A stretch of DNA of 64,000 nt from positions 65,660,001 through 65,724,000 of the forward strand of contig NC_045697.1 in assembly GCF_009834535.1 (NCBI RefSeq), read 5' to 3'. Below the pieces are notes generated by a model. The model saw only the letters and a list, made by a program, of their open reading frames with translations. It made no database searches and was not told the origin of the DNA. The stretch is from Camelus ferus (Eukaryota). This document shows, piece after piece, positions 39,794-52,780 of the stretch (position 1 is the first letter of the stretch; every line of letters starts with the position of its first letter). The position numbers were made by a program, and so were the translations under genes.

Positions 39794-41689
39794 ATTAACT
39801 CGTTTGATCTTGCAGGTCATTTATGAGCACTTTCTTTTTCAATTCTGCTGTTCAGTTTTTTGGTTGAGAAATTGAGGTTTCTTTGCGTGTTTGTAGCCAC
39901 ATAGATTTTTTAGACTGACAGTTGAATCTGGTCAAGTGCTCTTTTTATTTTTCTTTTAAAATTGGAAACTTTCTATCACTACAATCTTGTTTCCCCTGAA
40001 TGTGTTCTACTTGTTCTGAGTTGTCTTTCCCTAACTGTGGGATTCACAATATAAGTGGTTATTTTTCTTTATCAGCTCAAGGAGACTCAGGTTGGATTGT
40101 TGGATTATCCTAGGTATTGGCAGTCTTGCTAATTGCAGAAAGTGAAATGTCGTCTCTCCTCGTAGGCCAGCAATATAGAAGAAAGTGGTTTACACATCTT
40201 TCTTCTGAGGCACGTGGAGGAGTCTGTGGGTTCACCAGTCTTCTGTTCTGTCCCAGGCTCCAGGCCTGAAAGATCTCTGCTCACCCACTCAACTCCTTCC
40301 TGATCAATTTAAAGGCAACAGAACAGATATATTCATGAGGACAAATATTTAAGAAAGAGAGGCAGGAGGACTTAAGGCCCACAGATCTCTATGAACCAAA
40401 CGCTCCCCCAAACTTAGTTTCTTCATTGCCTTCACTGGAGGTTCCCCTGGTTTTCTCAGGCACTCGCCCAGCCTGAACGATAGAATTACTAGTTCTTCCC
40501 ACACACAATTATCCAGAACTCCAAACCTACTGACCTCCTGTCTTCTAGACTCTAGCAACCATTTGTTTCAAGAGAAATTTGTCAGTGATGGGAAGGAAGC
40601 TGTGTTTAGTTACCACATTCCCAGAAGGCTTTATAACATTTAAAAAAAATAGTTAGTATTCCAGTAGCCTCAAAAAAGAAAGGCAAAGGAGTTAGAGGTA
40701 GACATACTGCTTCCTTTCTAGGTTAAAAAATTTTTGTATAAATAAGCTGATATCTATTTTAAACACCTTCATATCTTTCTTGTGAAAATTTGTGCCATGT
40801 GATGACTATTTTGGAACACAAATTCAAATTTCAAAATAATAGCAGATAAACATGGTAGGCCAGCAATTACGGCAGTAAACAAAAGCATACATATTTCAAA
40901 AGTCAGTCCTAAACACTAAAATGCAGACTTGAAGATGACTTCTGGATAAATTCAGAAGAATTGATGAATGATGTTAAGTTATTAATTTGCCCAGAGTGGA
41001 AAAGGCCATCACCTAGAACCAAATGTCATAAATATTAAAGCTGTCCCATCTTCAGAACTTATGTGGGCAATGAATTATAAGGACCTCTGTAGATCGATTC
41101 TGGGTTAATCATAACTCTTTGAGCTTCTAATTCACAATCACTTTATCCTCTACTGACCATTAGTTTAAATTGTAAACAAGTTAGCAACTTAGAGTGCAAG
41201 GATAGAATTTATTTCTCCCATATTGTTCTCAGTCCTTTTAATTTTCATTTAGTGAGCAAAAACAGTAAATTCAATCCTGTAGCCTTTGTTTTAATTTTAA
41301 AAAGCTCTACTTCTGTTTCAATCCTGAAAATCAGAAATGCTTAAATAGCAATAGTCACAAAGTCAACAGGTTTCAGGGGTCTGGAATCGTAGAAACCAGA
41401 TGTCCATTCATACCAGTGATTTGAACAAATAAGCAACCTGTTTTTTTAAAAGCTTGACTCATTTATCTTAACAGTGTCATTACACAGCACTAAAGAAGTT
41501 GCATTCTTTTCTTTTCAGGCCTCTTGCTACATACTATGTTGCATTATTTTTATTTACATAAATATTATTTCTCAAACTAGATAGGCTGTGTCTTGAAGAC
41601 AGAGGCTACTATCTTTCACTCGTTTTTGCATTCCTATGGCGAATATCTCCCAGGAATTTATCTTTAATGTAGTGAGAAAAGCATAGAAG

Positions 41690-41880
41690 GTGGCCTTGAG
41701 CTCAAGTTCCAAATCTACCACAAATAATTGCTGTGACTTAGAGTAAGTTCCACTACCCCATCTCAGAATTAGATGTCATAATTACAGCTGCCTCACAGTG
41801 TTGTAAAGAACAAGTAGATTTATGTGTAAAGGCATTTTTAAAAGTGAAAAGCACTTTCTAAATGTTAGCTATTATCATGA
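41690..41880 (+). mobile_element. MIR SINE
   Basis: ctgtgacttagagtaagtt...tgttgtaaagaacaagtagatttatgtgtaaaggcattt. Confidence 0.65.
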
Positions 41881-43851
41881 GGAAGAAATGGAGGACAGAG
41901 GGAAGACATTCCTTCTTCAGTAAAGGGAATTCTTATCTTAGTCTTTGGTTTAAATGTCATCTTTCCATAATTATTCCTACTGAATGTCTTTTTAATAAAA
42001 AGGGATCATCATCGCTGTCTCTCTGTAGCTATAGATTTAGAGGTGAACTTTTAAGAAATTTGCTAAATTAAAGATTCATGTGAAAAGGAGTATGGTTTCC
42101 CAATGAAAACGAAAGTCATTGGGATAATCGGTAAGTCTCTTTGCTTGTGGCGTGAACTTCTGCAGTTATCATGGGAGACTGCTGCCTAATGAACTGGAAA
42201 GTGCTTTCAGCATTAGGTCATAATGGAGGTGTTGGAACAGGGGCGTCCAAGTCAAGGGCATTCTATAGACGAAGAGAAATATGCCACCATCCATAACGTG
42301 GTGAGGAGCACAGGTGTAGGTTTTAAAAATACATTTTCCCATCCTTCACTTTACTTGGCAAGAAATGCAAATATTTGAGAAAACAACATTGACTGTTTAT
42401 AGTTCTTCACTTGAAAGATGGAAAATTGCAGAAAACTGGAAGGTTAAAAGAGTTTGCATAAACAAGAAGTGGTCACCAAAGGATATCTCTGTTCAATCAG
42501 TTAGGCATTAAAGATGAGGAACTTAAATATTTGGTGTTTTCTTGTATAACTATTTCAGTCACCAGAATATTTGAATATTTGTCCTGATTCCCCCAAATGA
42601 AAATTAAGTTCCCCTTTCTTTAAACCACTGTAACACTTAAAGCGTCTTTTATGGGACTTTCCATAATATACTTTGTGTTACAGCAATTTAGTGGTTGATT
42701 TATCTCCACTTCTGAGTTGTAAGCAGCTTGAGGTCAGGGGCTCCAGTCGTACCTTTATATCCCTTACAGATCCTTTCAGGATCTTAAAATTAATGCACAA
42801 TGATTGTTCATACAGTGGAATTCAGAGACGGGTTACTATAGAAATATTGTAAGAATGGAACGAAACCTAGCTCCTAGCATTATCTTGGTAGTGAGAAATT
42901 CATCACAGCCTGTTGGCATCTGGGCACTATTATGAGGACACAGGTGTTGAGTATCAATTACCACCATGGTCTATCAATCACCACAGCATTCTGAGGACCA
43001 GAAATTGATAATATTGGAGGTAGATGCCACTTTGGAATCTTTTCCTTCCTAACAAATGAGTCATAGAGTATGTTTACCTGGAGCCCCTGGATGCACCGTT
43101 GCCCTCTGTTTAACCCGTATGAATTATTCTGCTGGCATGGAATTCACTGGTAAATCCATCAGTGGCCCACAAGTCAACTGCTTATCCAAACATGACCTCA
43201 ACAACAAAGACTAGTTGAAAATTTTTAAGTAATATCCATCACCTAGTCAGATGGATTGAAAATTTCCCAGGCCAAACTCTCAATTATTATTCTGTTGAAG
43301 AGTGATTTTAGGTTTTGTTGATGAGGTTTTTTTTAGACAGTTTTAATTTAACGGTTAAAAACCAAAGGACAACGATTGCATGTTTTAGTAGATGAAAAAG
43401 GCCAGGGTTATTTTCAAAAGCTACAATAGTTTGAGTTACTATGCAACATTTCATTGGCATTGCTGCAGGCTATAATCATACTGTTTTAATGGTTCTCTTT
43501 TTAAAAACGCATTTATAACGCTTTGTAACATTAGAATCTCTAGAAGCACATATATAGTGGCAATGATAATGTTACCATACGTTTAAATCGAGCTCCACAG
43601 TTCACAAAGCAGTAACAGCAATGCCAGAACACTTTTCTAATAGCAAAGCAATATGTCCCCAGCAGGTGGGGGCGGCCCTGGATGATTGTAAAGAAGCTGC
43701 AAGGGGATCCCGGAGGCCAGCATGGCTGTTTGACAGAAGGAAATAGCAAAAATCAAAGTAGGTTGCTACAGGAGGCTTCAAGGTCACAGCTCTCTCTCTC
43801 TTATTGTAGGTGTTGACCCAGGAAGCTTAAAGCAGATATGGAAGTTGGTGA

Positions 43852-44379
43852 TGAAGGGTAGCAGAATTTGCCACCCAAACACCTGTAATGCAGGCATATT
43901 GATTATTTTGAGTCATAGGTGCTTAAAAAACAGCAAATGCAGAGAGAGGCTTTCTCTGAACTCTGTCTATTTGCCTAAAGATAAATTCTCCGAAAGGAAC
44001 TCAGTTGTCATAGATCCTCCTCGGGAGTTTCATCAACCAGGGGATATTGACTCATCACGGAAGAGACTAGAAGTGGACACCACACCCTGACAAACTTGGT
44101 CATATACCATCACACACCTATCTCTTCTCCTAAAGCCCGTGCATCTTGGCTAAACATCATTGACTCTCCCCTGTGCAGCCTACATCCTCCCATCCCTTCC
44201 CGATTTAATGGTATTTAATCCCGATTTCCAAGCCACTGCTTTGAGTTACTTGCTTTTCCCTGGGTATCTCCCCTGTATACATGAGAGACATTTATATGTG
44301 TTGATAAACTTCCACTTGTTTTTTTCTTGTTAATCTAACTTTCATTACAGAGGTCTCAGCTAACAACTCCTCCCCTACA
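43852..44379 (+). mobile_element. ERV1 solo LTR (MER34-like, a more distant subtype)
   Basis: TGAAGGGTAGCAGAATTTGCCACCCAAA...CCCCTACA; near-TSD GTGA/GTAA. Confidence 0.85.
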
Positions 44380-44589
44380 GTAATTAGTGCGAAAGATCAG
44401 AGCGAAGAAGGCCCGTGGGATGACTATGTGGTTATGAGTAATCAATGTAAAGGAAACTTAACCAAGGATTTTGCCCTCTCCCACACCAACCCTCCAAGAA
44501 TCTGTCAATTTTACAATTATATCAAGCCTTATGTATAAAAATGTTCCTGATGATATTACTCATTTTTATCAAAAATTTTTATTTAAAAA

Positions 44590-44770
44590 TTGGTGTGCGT
44601 AAGATTGTCAACTTTCAAGATTGTTAAAAATGCATATTCCCAGACCTCAAACACCAGATATTCCAATGTGGTAAGTCTGGGGTTGGGTCTGGAGTTCACG
44701 TTTTTAATGCAAGGATTCCTTGGTAATTCTGATGGTGATGATCTTAGCATCAGTTTTGAGAAGCACTGAT
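44590..44770. mobile_element. MER5-like hAT-Charlie element
   Basis: ttgttaaaaatgcatattcccagacc...ggtaattctgatg...ttttgagaagcactg. Confidence 0.8.
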
Positions 44771-45015
44771 CCATAGTACTGAACTCAGTGCCTAGGGTAC
44801 AGCACACACTCCATGAATAGTTTCAGTGAATGATTTCTTTTATCTCTGTTTCAAGATCCCATAGTTTGGTTAGGGTTCACCATCAACAAAAAGATGATAA
44901 GTATTCACTAAGCACAGTAAATTGGTCTGGGTGTTTTAGATCATACTTCATGCAAAACTTTTTATTGAGTATATGATATTGACTTGGTCTAAGCAAACAT
45001 ATTTAAAAGACAGTA

Positions 45016-45352
45016 TAGTCATCCTTCAGTATTTGCAGGGGATTAATTCTAGGACCCCCAAAATCCAAGGATGTTCAAGTCCCTTTTATAAATGGTGTAG
45101 TATTTGCACATAATCCACACACATTCTCCAATATACTTTGAATCATCTCTAGATTACTTATAATAACCAACACAATATAAATGCCATGTAAATAGTTGCA
45201 AATACAATGTAAATGCAGTGTAAACAGTTGCTGGCATACAGCAAATTCAAGTTTTGCTTTTTGGAATTTTCTGGTATTTTATTTTTTGAATATTTTCTAT
45301 CCATAGTTGATTGAATCCATGGATGCAAAACCCATGGATACAGAGTTGACTG
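45016..45352. mobile_element. MER2B-like TcMar-Tigger element
   Basis: agtcatccttcagtatttgcagggga...ttgaatccatggatgcaaaacccatggatacagagttgactg. Confidence 0.87.
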
Positions 45353-45399
45353 TGGTTAAATGTATCGAGTATTTATATTTCCTTACTTTACTTTTATGT

Positions 45400-46860
45400 T
45401 TAGATATCCTATTCTTTTCCTAATATCAGAAAATACAGTCTTACATGTTCTTCCAGTTTGGTAGATTTTTAAAATTTGGGTTCTTTGTTCATTATAATTA
45501 ATGTATTACACTATAGGAATTTAGTTTGTGGATGATGTGACATACTGCTGTAATACTGACCTTTTAAAATACTCACTTGTCTTACTATCATTTTGAATAT
45601 TTTTCTTATTTGCAGCACTGATTTGGATTATGGTCTTTGTAATATAGTCTATGACATTTATATATTTTTATCAGTTCTATGGGCTTTTTTGTCTATTCCA
45701 CCAATTTTCTATTCTCAAACAAGTGCTAATTTTTTTTGAAGCTTTATAACATGTTTCACTACTTGGTATTCTTAATTTCCAAACTTTTTTTTTTATTTTC
45801 AATTTTTTTTTACTATTCTCATATGTTTTCTTCTAAGTAAATATGCAAAGATTTTAATAAATCCTAAAACATTCTTTGGACATTTTCTTTAGATTGCATT
45901 AAGTATCAAATAAACTAAGGAAAACTGACATTTCTTTTACAATTCTGACCTATTCTTTTAGGAATATGTTACATCTTATCTAGAAACAAGTTCAAATCTT
46001 TTTCAGTCGAATGTTGAAGTTTTCTGTATATAATCTTACTCACTTATGGTTAAATTTATTCCTAGGTATTTATATTTAGTATAAGTGGATATTTTTATTC
46101 AAAGTACATATTATCTCCTATTGATGTATTAATAAAAAGCAATTGGTTTATATATTTATGTATAACCAATCTGTATGTTGAAATATTTATTTTTTCTAAT
46201 ATTCTTTCAGTTGATTCTTGTGGGATTCATAAATATGTTATCAAATAATGATAAATTTGTCCTAATAGTGTGAAATCAGATTTTTGCTTCCTGCCTTATT
46301 GCATAGGCTAGAATGGTTACAGTCATGTTAAGTTTTAGGGCTGATAGTAGGCATCATTTTCTTGACTTAATGGTGAAGCCATTAGAGTCTCAGTTTCCAA
46401 TAGGTGTGCTACTTGCTTGAGGTAGTTATTCTATTCTATACCTTATTAAAGAAGAATCTTTTTCTATATACATTACTAGATAAACAGATAGATAATGGTT
46501 TTCAATTTTGTCAAATGTATTTTTGGTGTCTGTTGAAAACTATTTAAAAATTTTATAAAGCTTCATTTAGAAGACATATTATCCCAATTACTTTCCTAAT
46601 ATTGAACCAGTGTTGGTTTTCCTGATTTAATAATGCTACATTATTGTTTTAATATACTATTAAAATCAGTTTGCTGATATTTTGGGGAGAACAGGACTCT
46701 GAGATTTTGGGATGTTTGTCATATTCTAGTGCTTTCTTTATGCTAGAGAAGTTTTTACTTCTTGAGAAAATATGATTTCTCTTTTTCCAGGAAATTATCA
46801 AATTTTGATATTTTAATTTTATTCCTATAGAATCATGCATAGTATGCTTTTGAACCTATT
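45400..46860 (-). mobile_element. Old L1ME-like ORF2 remnant
   Basis: ggttaaatttattcctaggtattt; ccttattgcataggctagaat...gctgatagtaggcatc. Confidence 0.7.
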
Positions 46861-46899
46861 TTTGAATATTTTGTTTCATTTTTTAAACCATCTGTATAT

Positions 46900-49314
46900 T
46901 TAACCTTATTGAGATGTAATTGCCAAAAACTTGCATATATTTAAGGTGCACAACTTGATGTTTTGATATAAGTATATATTGTGAAATGATCACCACAAGA
47001 GGCTAATTAACATATTCATCATCTCACGTAGTGACCTCTTTTTGTCATAAGAACACTTACGATCTACCCTCTTAGCAAATTTCAGGTTTATAATACTATA
47101 TTGTTAACTATACTCACCATGCTATATGTTAAATTTTCAGAATTTAGCCATCTTGCATAACTGATGTTTTGTGTCCTTTGACCACCATTTCACCTTTTCT
47201 CCCACCTACCACCCCCTGGTAACCACCATTCTACTCTGTGCTTCTATGGGTTTGACTATTTTAGATTTCACGTACAAGTGGGTTCGTGTAGTATTTGTCT
47301 TTCTGTGTCTGTCTTATTTCACTTAGTGTGATATCCTGTGGGTTCATCCATGTTGCTGCAAATAGCAGAATTTCCTTCTTGTTTAAGAATGAATAATATT
47401 TCATTGTATATCCATTATTCTTTATGGATGTTCTTTCTCCACTCATTTATTGAGGACATTTGTTTCCATATCTTGGCTATTATGAATAATGCTGTGATGA
47501 CCACGGGAGTGCATTTATCTCTTTGAGATACTGATTTCATTTCTTTTGGTTGTACATCCAGAGGCAGGATTGTTGGATCATCTGGTAGTTCTATTTTAAA
47601 ATTTTTGAGGAACATCTCTAATGGCTATACCAATTTACATTCCTACCAACAGTGTACAAGGATTCCCTTTTCTCCACATCTTCATCGAGACTTATCATTT
47701 CATGTCTTTTTGATAATAGCCATGCTAACAAGTTTGAGATATCTCATTATTGTTTTGATTTGCATTTCCCCAACAATTGGTAATACTGAGCACCTTTTCA
47801 TGTATCTTTTAATCTTCTGTATGCCTTCTTTTGAGAAATGTTTTTTCCCATTTTTAATTAAATTATATGTTTTTGCTATGGAGTTGTATGAGTTCCTTAT
47901 TTTTTGACATTAACCTCTTATCAGATATATAGTTTTCAGATATTTTCTCGTTCCATAGCTTGCCTTTTCCCTCTGTTGATTATTTTATTTTCTGTGCAGA
48001 AGCTTTTTAGTTTGATGCAATCTCATTTGTCTATTTTTGCTTTTGTTTCTTATGCTTTTGATCATGTTCTACCCAAAAATCATTGCCCAGACAAATGTCA
48101 AGATGCTTTTCCCCTATATTTCCTTTTAGGAATGGTTTCGGGTCCTATGCTTAAGACGGTAATACCTTTTGAGTTGATTTTTGCATATGGTGTGAGATAG
48201 GAATCTAATTTTATCTTCTCCACGTGGATATCCAGTTTTCCCAATGTCATTTATTGAACAAATTATCCTTTCTCCATTGTGTGTTCTGGACGCCCCTTCA
48301 GAAGACCCATTGACCATAAATGTATGCATCCCTTTCTGGGATACCTATTTTGCTCCCTTCTATATGATCTGTATGTCTGTTTCTATGCCAGTACCATAGT
48401 GATTCAGTTACTCTAGCTTTGTGACATATTTTGAAGTCAGGAAGCAAGATGCCTCCAGCTTTGTTGTTGCTCAAGACTGCTTTGGTTATCTTCGGTCTTT
48501 TGTGTTTGCATATGAATTTTAGGATTTTTTTTTCTATTTCTGTAAAGAATGCCACTTGAATTTTGATAGGGATCAAATCTGTATATTTTTTGTGTAGTAA
48601 AGACATGTTAACCATATTCTTCCAATCCATGAACATGACATTTCTTTCCATTTTCTTCCGTTGTCTTTAATTCCCTTCATTACTATAATTTTCAGTATAC
48701 AAATATTTCACCTCTTTGGTTAAATTTCTTCCCAAATATTTTATTCTTTCTGTAGTTTTGTAAATAGGATCATTTTCTAAATTTCCCTTTCTGATAGTTC
48801 ATTGTTTATGTATAGAAATGCCACTGATTTTTATGTTGATTTTGTGTCCTGTAACCTGACTGAATTTGTTTATTAGTTTGGGCATTTCTGTGTATTCTTT
48901 AGGATTTTCTACATGTATGATCATGTCATCTGCAAATACAGATAATTTCACTTCTTCCTTTCAAACTTGGTGGGTTTTTTCCCTTGTCTCATTACGCCGG
49001 CTAGGAATTCCAGTCCTATATTGAATAGAAGTGGTGAGAATAGACATCCTTCCCTGCCTGTAACCTTTACGGAGCTGAAGCAGAGTTTGCAGAGTAACAG
49101 AGCTGCTTCTAAGGACCACAGTTGGCCACCTGGCCACTGGGGTGCAGGCACGCCCTCTGACAACATCCTTCCTCAGTATTGGACTCCATCAGAGTTTTGC
49201 AACATGGATCCCAAAGCTCCCACAGAAACACATTTTTACCAAATTGCTTTTTCTATGGGGATATGAAGGTGGCGGACCTCCTAGTCACCCATTCTGCTGA
49301 CATCAGTCCCTCTC
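46900..49314 (-). mobile_element. LINE-1 (L1MA-like): 3' UTR plus ORF2 RT/C-terminus joined to a ~250-bp putative 5' UTR start
   Basis: ORFs 47261-49166 are ORF2 fragments (NNKAGGILLPDFK, GCLFSPLLFNI). 49065-49314 begins ...gatgtcagcagaatgggtgactaggagg, like L1 5' ends. Confidence 0.88.
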
Positions 49315-50230
49315 TCTGTATTTGTATATATTTTTTCTTTTCCCTTAATCAAATTTACCAGGAAATTACCTTTCCCTCAAATAAATAAATAAACAAACAA
49401 ACAAGCAAGCAAACAAATTGAATATTTGATATATTTATTAGTTCTGTTTATTTTATGAATTCCTTAAGTTCTATGTTTATATATAATAATTTTCTTTATT
49501 AAGATTGGGGTTTCTTTAAAAATTAAATTTGTGACTTAGGTTATGAGTGATTACTGAGGGAAAAAAAGATAATCACTAAAAGATATTGTAAACAACCCAG
49601 AATAAAGTTATGTTTCCTACATGGTGATAGACAAGGTTGTATAATTTTTTTTTTCCTCATTGCAATGCCCACCAAGTTCCACTATAGGTCACACTTGGCA
49701 CAGATTAACTTAGAAGAACATTGGACAAGAAGTGTATCTTTCCAGCAGGGCAGTGTTAGTTATTTCTCTTCAATGTGAGTTGTACTTGCAGAATTCATTT
49801 AGGATATAGGTCACAGGCAAGAAGATGATACCCATATCGGGTTGGTGCAAAAGCCTACCTGGCTTAGAAGCCTAATAGTCCAAAGGAGCCGTTATCTATT
49901 GTAACACCTCCAAAAGCACAGTTACCAGGGTCCCCAAAGACACAAGGCCAGTTAGAAGAATTACTGCACTCAGAGAAGCACAAAGCCATGGCTTCCTTTC
50001 CTGCGTTTATTGTTCTCCCAGTTCAGATGACATTTACTATAAGCAGTGTGGCTTAGAACATAGTTACCATTCCAACTTGATTACGTTTCCAAGAGAACAG
50101 AGCTATAAATTAACCAAAAGCCAAATTTTCATTCAGAATAAGTGTTTAGTTTGAAATATAGGTCCTATTATTTTTTGCACTATTAAATGTATACCAAAGT
50201 AACATTTTGTATCCTGTCTACGTGACTTAA

Positions 50231-50449
<219 letters not shown>

Positions 50450-51479
50450 TAAGATTTGTGTGTGATCCAAATAAAGAGAGAGGAAATATAGAAAAAGAAA
50501 ATCCACTTGCTTACCCTATTTAGCTTATTACATTTTGTTTTCTCTTGAAAAATCACAGTAAACAACAACAAAAAGGAAGTTACAAGTGGCTGTTCAATTA
50601 TTCATTCGTCCAATTATTCATTTCCTGAAGCATGTACTAGTGTATGATTTTTCCCATAAAAAGGGAAAAGTTGCTGCATATAACTGGCTATTCTAAAAAA
50701 AAATTGATAAACAAGAGAAAATTAAAATGTAATTGACTTTAGTCTCTGAATTTTTAGGGACTAAAAATGTCACAGAATTAGCAAAATTGATTCATCTCTA
50801 AAAACACCAAAGCGTTAAATAACAGGGCAGGTTAAAGTTTTGAGGCACATACTGATAGGGATGTTTCCATCTTAATTTTATAAAGGAAAAGAGTAAAAAT
50901 TTTAGAGTCTCTCATTTAGTGCCAAAGTATATGTGAGACTTTCTCACGGAAATTTAGGAAACAGTTTATTAAAAAATTATACTCATTCTCAAATCAGAAT
51001 TTACCATTATAGATTGTTTAAGAAAGAAGATTTTGAAGTGTATGTTTTAAATTAACAACGTAGGTGAAAGACTTGGGCCTGAAAGGAATTTACAAGATCC
51101 CTGCATTTCATTCTGTCTACCACCAAAGAGCTCAGACCTGAGGGAGAGCAATATCTTTCAGGGAGAGATATGTTCCATTCAACACTGATGGTACATTTGA
51201 TTTATTTTCTAGATATTCTTAAACCTATTTTCTGAACGCTAAACCAGACAAAAGAGAGCAGTTCTGGGTATTACTCTAGGTAGTACTAAGGCCCCAAATT
51301 TCAAGCTATTTGAGTTATAATCCTCCAAATTTCAGGATTACAAAAAGCCAGGCATTTTATGTTTAACAAAACAAAACAGAAGGCAGTGGTCCAAATTTAT
51401 AACTCTTCTATTAGCTAACTAAAAATCTAGCCCTCTCTCCTTATCAGCAAAAGAGGAAGTTAAATTAACTCTAAGCTTC

Positions 51480-51888
51480 TACATTAATTACCTCTTCTGA
51501 GTACCAAACAACCCAAAGCATCAGTGACTTTAAAAAATTAGTTATTTCTCACTCTGGGAACATGAGGACTGTGGTTTGGCTACAAGTTGTAGGTCACCGG
51601 CAGTTCCCCGTGCAGCTTCTCATCCCAGGGCCCAGGCCAGAGAAGCGGTCCTGGCGGGGACAAGCCGTTCCCACTTCAGGGAGAACCTGGGAAGGAGGCT
51701 GGCAGAAACCTGCAGCACCTCCTGTGCTTCTTGCACGATGTGGCACACATCACCCCTACTCACAGACCACTAGCTAAGCAGAGTTTCATGACCAAGCCCC
51801 AGATCAGCAGGGTGGGTGAGTGTACTCCACACAAAGAGGAGAAGGGAGTAAAAAATTATACAAATTATACAATAATACAATCTACCAG
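51480..51888 (-). mobile_element. MaLR LTR (MLT1J/K-like)
   Basis: aaacaacccaaagcatcagtgacttt...catgaccaagcccc...aataatacaatctacca. Confidence 0.75.
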
Positions 51889-51989
51889 TGGTCCCTTCTG
51901 GCTCTAATAAAATTCTAAGTGTAAGACAAAACCAAAATATGCATAAATTGGCAAGTAAAGTACTAAGGTATAAATAATGTCAATCCATC

Positions 51990-52780
51990 AAAACTTATTT
52001 ATTGATGAATAGATTCTAAGGGAAACAAAGTGGAAAGTCAGTTATGCCACAGGGAATCTACCTGAAAGGCACTTGTGGTTTAGCTGAAGATACAAGACGC
52101 ATGCATATGGAAGCACGAACAATACCAATATTCCTATAAATGTGCACTGACATTTATTGGGATTGCTTATTTATACCGTGTTAAATTGTGTAGTTGAGAT
52201 ATTGAAGAATTAAATGCCATACAGAATAAAGAGTTAATCAGAGGAAACACGAATGAAAGCTCTTCAGAAAAGGTGAACCTTGAGATTGACCTTGAAGGAT
52301 TAGTAGAGAATAATTAGACTGAAGGGAAAAAAATAGAGAATTATTAGAGAAACAGAAAGAGAACAGAATAGAAGCGGGAAAGGGTAGAATATGTTGGGGA
52401 ACAATGAAGACATCAGGTTAATCTGCAAGGCAGTGTGAAGTTTGGAATTCATATTGTAGGCCACAAGCTACTACAAGAACCCATTGTCCTTTCTGGAGCC
52501 CAGGAGTAAAATCATGAAGATGGTATTTAAGGGAAAGCTAATCTAGTTTTGATAGCAAATATGGATTTCAGTTGGCAAAGACTAGAACAGACTGGAACGC
52601 GTGAGATAATGAAGGCCTGGTCCGGAACTGGGCCAGGGGAGAAGGGGAGGAAAGAATATATAGAAAGATGCTTTTAATCAATGAAGCACATTGTGGTTTT
52701 TATGAATTTGGAAGTGAAGATAAAAAGCATCATGGAGTGAAGGGGATGCCTGGGTTTTATGGTACAAGACCAGCAGAAGA
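51990..52780 (-). mobile_element. LINE-2 remnant
   Basis: aaaaggtgaaccttgagattgaccttgaaggattagtag...gtgagataatgaaggcctgg. Confidence 0.65.
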
